Assembly (NCBI GenBank): GCA_903843965.1
Contig: CAIMRY010000025.1
Span: 44,622 to 68,621, forward strand
Source of the DNA: an uncultured delta proteobacterium
GTDB lineage: Bacteria; Desulfobacterota; Desulfovibrionia; Desulfovibrionales; Desulfovibrionaceae
Direction: 5' to 3'
DNA: 24,000 bases
Below the pieces are notes generated by a model, which saw only the letters and a program-made list of their open reading frames with translations, was not told the origin of the DNA and did not search any database. Below, piece after piece: positions 18,420-24,000 of this stretch. Position 1 is the first letter of the stretch. Every line of letters starts with the position of its first letter. A program made the position numbers and the translations under genes.

Positions 18420-18827
18420 GTGGAGACGATCATCTGGACAGAAGCGCTCAGCGTAGGCGTGGAGCGCATCGACAGGGAGCATCAGACCCTGGTGGTCATG
18501 CTGAACGACCTGGGCCAGGTCATTGGCTCCGGACAGGGGCAGCAGTCCGTGGCGCAGGTCGTGTGCCGGATGCGTCAGTATGCCCAGGAGCATTTCGCAA
18601 CCGAGGAGGAGGCCATGACCGCCACCCGGTATTCTGGGCGCACCAGCCACATGGCCGAGCACGACGCCTTCATCGAAAAGGTCCTGGAAGTTGAGGACGC
18701 CTTGAGCCAGGGCGAGCCGGTTGCCGCTGGGGACATCTGGAAATACCTCCGGCTCTGGCTCACTGAGCATATCCAGGGCCCGGACAAGGTGCTCGGCGAG
18801 CATCTCTGCGCCTGTGGCAAGGGATAA
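18420..18827 (+). CDS. Bacteriohemerythrin-like O2/diiron-binding protein (copy 1)
   Basis: 135 aa from GTG (AGGGGG upstream); ligand pattern IDREHQTL, EHFATEEEAM, HMAEHDAFI, WLTEHIQGPDKVLG. Confidence 0.88.
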   Translation: METIIWTEALSVGVERIDREHQTLVVMLNDLGQVIGSGQGQQSVAQVVCRMRQYAQEHFATEEEAMTATRYSGRTSHMAEHDAFIEKVLEVEDALSQGEPVAAGDIWKYLRLWLTEHIQGPDKVLGEHLCACGKG

Positions 18828-18877
18828 GTAACCGACCGCGCCTGGTTGGTTGAATGGAATCGACAACGGGGGGGGAC

Positions 18878-19285
18878 ATGGAAACAGTTTTGTGGGCTTC
18901 TGAATTGGAGATTGGTGTCAAGAGCATTGACGAGCAGCACAGGCGCCTGGTGGGCATGTTGAACACCCTGGGCAAGGCCATTGGCGAGAACCACGGCAAG
19001 GACGCCATCATGGGCATCGTGGAGGAGATGAAGCACTACGCGGTGTATCATTTCAAGACCGAAGAAGAGGCCATGGAGGCCAAGGACTACCAAAAACGTT
19101 CTCAGCACAAGCAGGAGCACGACGCCTTCATCGAACAGGTGCTCGACGCGGCCGAGGCCCTGGAGTCCGGGGGCAATATCACCCCAGAGCAAGTCTGGGC
19201 TTTCCTGTACAAATGGCTTGTGGAGCACATCCTGGAGTCGGACAAGGCCATGGGCACTCACCTGGTCGCCCAGGGAATGCAGTAG
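18878..19285 (+). CDS. Bacteriohemerythrin-like O2/diiron-binding protein (copy 2)
   Basis: 135 aa from ATG at 18878; VGVK/IDEQHRRL, YHFKTEEEAM, HKQEHDAFI, WLVEHILESDKAMG. Confidence 0.93.
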   Translation: METVLWASELEIGVKSIDEQHRRLVGMLNTLGKAIGENHGKDAIMGIVEEMKHYAVYHFKTEEEAMEAKDYQKRSQHKQEHDAFIEQVLDAAEALESGGNITPEQVWAFLYKWLVEHILESDKAMGTHLVAQGMQ

Positions 19286-19684
19286 GTCGATCCGGTTCCG
19301 CAGTCTGCTCATCCTCTGGCGGGGCAGGCGCGGCGGATTCAGTTTTTCGAAAGCGCTGCCTGAGTTCTTGGCGAGCAGCAAGCACGCCTGGGCAAATTGC
19401 TGCCCCCCTCCCTCTTTTGCGCTGCAAGTCCGCACTAGGCATGTCCCAAAAACATATTCTACTGTCAAAGCCAGGGTGAAAGTGTACCGGCAGGGCCGAG
19501 TTATAGTGTACCGCCTTGGGGCAATGGATAAAGGCATGCTGCACGCTTGGCCATGTTGGTGGGCAGCGGCGCCCACCGCGACAATAATGGAGGCTACCAT
19601 GTCCTTGCCATCTTCTGTCTACTTCAGGCCGAAGGCTGCCGCCATGCTCGCGGGCTGGCCCAAGGCAGGGAGGGCACGCGCGCT

Positions 19685-19921
19685 ATGACTACCCGCGCAC
19701 TCCCGTCCGGTCCGGGCGGGTCCACAGAAGCCCCTGAAGTCGAAGTCCTTCACGTAACCACCGCCCCTCGTCCCACCCTCCGCCTACACCTCTGGCTTGA
19801 AAACAAGGGCGAGCTGTTCTTCGGCATTGGCCGGGCGCGCCGCCGCAGGGCGGGACCGGCGGCCAAGGCGCCCGTGGACAGAAAGCGCATTGTCAAAACC
19901 GCGTCTCTTGAGTATGCATGA
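19685..19921 (+). pseudogene. Truncated ModE-like N-terminal (winged-helix) fragment
   Basis: LRLHLWLENKGELFFGIGRA matches the opening pattern of ModE N-terminal domains (LRxxxWLE..G..fFGxGRa.LLe.I), then similarity stops abruptly and an Arg-rich tail runs to a stop at 19921. Confidence 0.45.
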
Positions 19922-19966
19922 ATGAGCCAGGGATACCGTCCTGCACACCAAAGCCCAGCGAGGACC

Positions 19967-20413
19967 ATGAAACTCTCCGCCAAGGCGCGCTACGCCGTGC
20001 GCATCCTGCTTGATCTTGCCCGGCACCTGGACGAGGGCCCGGTGCGCACCACGGATATTTCCGGCCGCACCGGCGTGTCCGCACGCTTCATCGAGCAGAT
20101 CCTGAAGCCCCTGAAAAAGGCCGCCCTGGTGACCAGTACGCGCGGCGCCACCGGCGGCTACACCCTTGTCGTCCGGCCCGAGGACATCAGCCTGGCGCGC
20201 GTCATCCGCATCATCGAGGGCAGCCTGTGCCTCACGCAATGCTGCGAAAACCCCTCGGTGTGCTCCCGCTCCTCGCATTGCCGCAGCCACCGGGCCTGGG
20301 TGCGCGTCTCCCAGGTCCTGGATGCCGAGCTGGAAAGCATCAGCATCAAGGACCTCCAGGACGACACGCTGTCCTGCACCGGCCCTGACTGCGCCTGCTG
20401 CCCCACGCCCTAG
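19967..20413 (+). CDS. Rrf2 family transcriptional regulator (Cys-containing, IscR-like spacing)
   Basis: 148 aa from MKLSAKARYAVRILLDLAR; RGATGGYTLVVRPEDISLARVI; C-x5-C-x5-C (CENPSVCSRSSHC). Confidence 0.92.
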   Translation: MKLSAKARYAVRILLDLARHLDEGPVRTTDISGRTGVSARFIEQILKPLKKAALVTSTRGATGGYTLVVRPEDISLARVIRIIEGSLCLTQCCENPSVCSRSSHCRSHRAWVRVSQVLDAELESISIKDLQDDTLSCTGPDCACCPTP

Positions 20414-20519
20414 CCCCGCCCCGCCCCGCTTCGCAAGCGCCCCGCGCCGCCCAATCCCGCTGCCGCGCGGGAGCATTCCCATTCCCCCAGGCCTTGAGGG
20501 ATTGCCCAACCACATGTTT

Positions 20520-20699
20520 TAGAACGTAAAAAATATTTTGTGCTTTTATTCACGAATACCCTTGACTGCGTAGGCCTATTCTTTTAATTCCGAGTCATAT
20601 GATCCTGATTGAATTCATCGCGTTTAGATTTATCGCTATTGACCAGGTACGAGTTGCGCGGATTTCGACCAGACTGGACCGACAAACAACGGGACAGAC
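20520..20699 (+). promoter_or_regulatory. AT-rich leader/promoter region of the second Rrf2 gene
   Basis: AT-rich island in a GC-rich genome with TTGACT (20562) and weak TAATTC (20585) at 17-nt spacing, TCATATGA and TGAATTCA palindromes, and two GACCAG copies (20641, 20667). Confidence 0.4.
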
Positions 20700-21290
20700 A
20701 TGAAGCCAACCTCCAAAACCTGCCACGCCGTCAGAATCCTGCTGGAGCTTGCGCACCACGGGGACGCCCACCCCATGCGCGCCTCGGAGCTCTCCGTCAT
20801 CATCGGCATCTCAACCAAGCTCATGGAGAAGATCGTCCGCCCCCTCAAGGTCGCGGGCATGCTCAAGAGCCTGCGCGGGGCCAGCGGCGGCTACGTCCTC
20901 GACCGCGACCCCAAGGCCATCACCCTGGCCGACATCCTGACCGCCATGGAAGGCGCGGTGTTCAAGCCGCAGTGCTGCGAGGCCGACAGCGAGTGCCGGC
21001 TCCTCGACAGCTGTCCCACCGGCGCCATCTGGAGCGACATCGCCCTGCAGATGGAACAGCGCTTCCGCGCCATCACCCTGGCCGAGCTCATGACCGACGC
21101 GCGCGAGGACTGCCCCTCGCGCGCGGCCCGTGCGGCCCACGCCTCCAGATCCGCTGACGAACCCGACGGCACAAAGCCCTGGACCGACGCATGCGCTGGC
21201 CCGGGCAGAAGCAGAATCTCCCGCAGGAGGAAACCAGGGGCCGGACAAACCGCCCCGCGCATGCCGGGGCGCCCGCGCCCTGCTCGATGA
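20700..21290 (+). CDS. Rrf2 family transcriptional regulator with C-terminal extension
   Basis: 196 aa; HAVRILLELAHHG, LRGASGGYVLDRDPKAITLADIL, C-x5-C-x5-C (CEADSECRLLDSC), Arg/Pro-rich extra C-terminus. Confidence 0.88.
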   Translation: MKPTSKTCHAVRILLELAHHGDAHPMRASELSVIIGISTKLMEKIVRPLKVAGMLKSLRGASGGYVLDRDPKAITLADILTAMEGAVFKPQCCEADSECRLLDSCPTGAIWSDIALQMEQRFRAITLAELMTDAREDCPSRAARAAHASRSADEPDGTKPWTDACAGPGRSRISRRRKPGAGQTAPRMPGRPRPAR

Positions 21291-21331
21291 TGGCCGGCTA
21301 GAATTCCACACACCACAAAAAGGGGAAGATC

Positions 21332-22570
21332 ATGAAAAAATTGCTCATTCTCGGGTCCGGAGCAGGTGGCACCATCGTGGCCGCAAAAATGGCCAAGTCA
21401 CTTGGCGAGGACTGGCAGATCACGGTCATCGACCGCGATTGGAAGCACCACTACCAGGCCGGGTGGCTCTTCGTCCCCTTCGGCGTGTACTCCATGGCCG
21501 ACTGCGTGAAGCCCAAAACCGACTTCATCCCCGAGGGCGTCAGCTTCGTGCAGGACACCATCGTGAACATCAACCCCGAGAAGAAGCGGGTCAAGACCGA
21601 GAAGGGCCAGTACGACTACGACTGGCTGGTCATCGGCACCGGCTGCCGCATCATGCCCGACGAGATCGAGGGCATGATGGACGACTGGGGCGGCAACATC
21701 CACAACTTCTACACCCCGGATGGAGCCCAGAACCTCTACAAGAAGCTCAAGTACTACAAGAAGGGCAAGGTGGTCCTGAACATCGCCGAAATGCCCATCA
21801 AGTGCCCGGTGGCCCCGCTGGAGTTCGTGTACCTGCTCGACTGGTTCTTCACCGTCAACGGCGTGCGCAAGAACATTGAGATCGAGCTGGTGACCCCGCT
21901 CACCGGCGCCTTCACCAAGCCCGTGGCGGCCAGCATTCTGGGCCGGATCTGCGAGCAGAAGAACATCGCCATCACGCCCAACTTTGAGATCGCGGGCGTC
22001 AATGTGGGCGAGAAGACCATCGAGAGCGTCAAGGGCGACAAGGTCAACTACGACCTGCTCGTGGCCATCCCGCCCAATTTCGGCTCCCAGATCATCATCG
22101 ACTCCGAGCTCGGCGACGCCATGGGCTATGTGGACACCGACAAGCATACGCTGAAGGCCAAAAACATCCCCAACTGCTACGTCATCGGCGACGCCACCAA
22201 CTGCCCCACCTCCAAGGCCGGCAGCGTGGCCCACTACCAGGCCGACATCGTCTGCGACAACCTCCTGCGCGAGATCGACGGCGAGGACCCCCGGCCCGAG
22301 TTTGACGGCCACTCCACCTGCTTCATCGTCTCCGGCTACGAGCAGGCCTTTTTGATCGACTTCAACTACTCTGTGGAGCCGCTGGAGGGCAAATACCCCT
22401 TCCCCGGCCTGGGCCCCTTCTCGCTCCTGGGCGAAAGCCACTTCAACTACTGGGGCAAGATGATGTTCAAGTGGGTCTACTTCAATCTGATGCTCAAGGG
22501 CCACGAACTGCCGCTGGAGTCCCAGATGTTCATGGCCGGGAAGATGCGCCACCACCTGGCTGGCGCCTAG
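21332..22570 (+). CDS. NAD(P)/FAD-dependent oxidoreductase, sulfide:quinone oxidoreductase (SQR) family
   Basis: 412 aa; LLILGSGAGGTIVAAKMAK Rossmann motif, DWLVIGTGCRIMPDE, MPIKCPVAPLEFVYLLDWFF, NCYVIGDATNCPTSKAGSVAHYQ. Confidence 0.88.
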   Translation: MKKLLILGSGAGGTIVAAKMAKSLGEDWQITVIDRDWKHHYQAGWLFVPFGVYSMADCVKPKTDFIPEGVSFVQDTIVNINPEKKRVKTEKGQYDYDWLVIGTGCRIMPDEIEGMMDDWGGNIHNFYTPDGAQNLYKKLKYYKKGKVVLNIAEMPIKCPVAPLEFVYLLDWFFTVNGVRKNIEIELVTPLTGAFTKPVAASILGRICEQKNIAITPNFEIAGVNVGEKTIESVKGDKVNYDLLVAIPPNFGSQIIIDSELGDAMGYVDTDKHTLKAKNIPNCYVIGDATNCPTSKAGSVAHYQADIVCDNLLREIDGEDPRPEFDGHSTCFIVSGYEQAFLIDFNYSVEPLEGKYPFPGLGPFSLLGESHFNYWGKMMFKWVYFNLMLKGHELPLESQMFMAGKMRHHLAGA

Positions 22571-22586
22571 GACGCGGGGGGGCACC

Positions 22587-23234
22587 ATGCAGGACGAACG
22601 TGTTCTCGAACGCATTGAAGGGATGGAGCAGCAGCTCAAGTACCTGGTCGACGCCTCCAAGGGTTGGCAGGAACTGAAGCACGACCTGACCCCCATCATG
22701 CACGACGCCTTCAAGACCCTGATGAAAGAGTTCGGCGACGTCGAAGCAGGCTTCCAGCTGGAAGACATCTTCGCGCTGCTGAAGCGCTTTCTGCGCAGCA
22801 TCAAGAACATCACCTACATGCTGGAGCAGATGGAGAACATCATCGACCTCTGGAAGACCATCGAGCCGCTGCTGCACTCGGCCGTGCCCAAGGGCGTGGC
22901 CTTTCTGGACAACATGGAGCAGCAGGGCGTGTTCCGCATGTACAAGGCCATGGTCCAGGTCCGCGGCAAGATGGCCCGGGCCTACACGCCGGAGGACATC
23001 GAGGTCATGGGCGACGGCTTCGTGTCCATGCTCGGGCTGATCAAGAAGCTCAGCACCCCGCAGGCGCGGGAGATGCTGGAAAAGCTGGCCGACATGATGG
23101 GCGACGTGGACCTGAAGGAGTGCAAGGAATGCGGGCCCATGGGCCTGGTGGCCGGGATGAGCGGCAAGGAGGCCCGCAAGGGGCTGGGCGTCATGCTGGA
23201 ATTCACCAAGAGCCTGGGCAAGCTGAAGGACTAG
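22587..23234 (+). CDS. DUF1641 domain-containing protein
   Basis: 215 aa helical protein, conserved GVFRMYKAMVQVRGKM, LIKKLSTPQAREMLEKLADM, directly downstream of SQR-family gene. Confidence 0.75.
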   Translation: MQDERVLERIEGMEQQLKYLVDASKGWQELKHDLTPIMHDAFKTLMKEFGDVEAGFQLEDIFALLKRFLRSIKNITYMLEQMENIIDLWKTIEPLLHSAVPKGVAFLDNMEQQGVFRMYKAMVQVRGKMARAYTPEDIEVMGDGFVSMLGLIKKLSTPQAREMLEKLADMMGDVDLKECKECGPMGLVAGMSGKEARKGLGVMLEFTKSLGKLKD

Positions 23235-23356
23235 GGCGGACAGCTCCGGGGCGACCGGCACCGCCCCGGAACGCGCGGCCCGGCGGCATTTGCCACGGCC
23301 GGACCGGGCCGCGCCCCATATACAAACACGCCGCATTCCTGCGGCAGGAGGCAGCC

Positions 23357-23710
23357 ATGAGCAAGAAGATCCTCATCGTGGACGACGACCCCGCAGTGGT
23401 GGACTTTCTGAACGAGGTGTTCACGGACAACGGCTACGCCACGGAAAAGGCCTACAACGGGGTCGAGGCGCTGGCCAAGACCGAGGCCTTCCGGCCCGAC
23501 CTCATCACCCTGGACATGGACATGCCGGAAAAGGCCGGCACCATGTTCTACATCGGCCTGCGCAAGCAGGAAGCCCTCAATAAGACGCCGGTCATCGTCA
23601 TCAGCGGCGTGGGCCCCCGGCCCCCGGCCCTGGGCCGGGACATCCCGGTGCTGACCAAGCCCGTTGACCCCGTGGTGCTGCTGGACCTGGTCGCCCGGAC
23701 CCTGGCCTAG
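23357..23710 (+). CDS. Single-domain response regulator (CheY-like receiver)
   Basis: 117 aa MSKKILIVDDDPAVVDFLNEVF...DLITLDMDMPEKAG...VIVISG...VLTKPVDPVVLLDLV; AGGAGGCAGCC RBS. Embedded in the end of a longer overlapping frame (22664..23710). Confidence 0.92.
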   Translation: MSKKILIVDDDPAVVDFLNEVFTDNGYATEKAYNGVEALAKTEAFRPDLITLDMDMPEKAGTMFYIGLRKQEALNKTPVIVISGVGPRPPALGRDIPVLTKPVDPVVLLDLVARTLA

Positions 23711-23826
23711 CCGCACCGGCCCCGGCGCGGCGGCCCAGGCGCAGGCCCGCCCGCTGCGCCAGGGCCGCACCGGGGCCGCCGCGCCGGAATGCAGCACACC
23801 CACCACCCAAGGCCAAGGGGGCAGCC

Positions 23827-24000
23827 ATGCCGCTTGCGCATCACGCGTCCACAGTCCCCGCATCTGCGGCAAACACCGTCCTGCTCGTGGACGATGAGCA
23901 GGACATCCGCGAACTGCTGGCCCTGTTCCTGGCCGACCTGGGCTTTTGCGTGCTCACCGCCGCAGACGGCGCCCAGGGCCTGGCCCTGTTCAAGACCGCC
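23827..24000 (+). CDS. Response regulator receiver domain protein, truncated by window edge
   Basis: Manual translation from ATG at 23827: MPLAHHASTVPASAANTVLLVDDEQDIRELLALFLADLGFCVLTAADGAQGLALFKTA; open to window end. Confidence 0.85.
   Translation, partial: MPLAHHASTVPASAANTVLLVDDEQDIRELLALFLADLGFCVLTAADGAQGLALFKTA

Noticed and set aside
22664-23710. 349-aa plus ORF spanning DUF1641 and the response regulator
   Set aside because: Only the C-terminal part from MSKKILIVDDD is a real protein; the upstream part is an out-of-frame read of the DUF1641 gene plus intergenic DNA.
1-24000. CRISPR arrays, transposases, prophage or restriction/defence genes
   Set aside because: No regularly spaced repeats, transposase/integrase motifs or terminal inverted repeats were seen; the tRNA-Asn shows no adjacent integrase or duplicated 3' end in this window.

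Overview
GC-rich bacterial chromosomal window; gene content and Rrf2/hemerythrin/SQR-like genes suggest a Desulfovibrio-like deltaproteobacterium (inference). Left half (1-10668, minus strand) is a compact outer-membrane biogenesis cluster: lysS, lolC/E, lolD, bamA, skp/ompH, lpxD, fabZ, lpxA, lpxI and a truncated AsmA-like gene. A tRNA-Asn(GTT) with a downstream terminator and a small DUF1737-like gene separate it from the right half. The most interesting region is a plus-strand, mostly tightly packed locus (11754-19285). It encodes a PAS-STAS RsbR-like protein, an RsbS-like STAS protein, an RsbT-like kinase, an RsbX-like phosphatase, a large phosphatase (degenerate RsbT-like N-terminus, two PAS domains, PP2C/SpoIIE), a SiaB-like kinase, a SiaC/DUF1987 protein, a class III nucleotide cyclase on a coiled-coil stalk, and two hemerythrin-like proteins. 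It looks like a stressosome module joined to a Sia-type partner switch whose expected GGDEF output (SiaD) is replaced by a predicted class IIIb adenylate cyclase; no sigma factor or RsbV/RsbW pair is visible. Downstream lie a truncated ModE-like fragment, two Rrf2 regulators with IscR-like Cys spacing, an SQR-family flavoprotein with a DUF1641 partner, and two response regulators (the second cut by the window edge).
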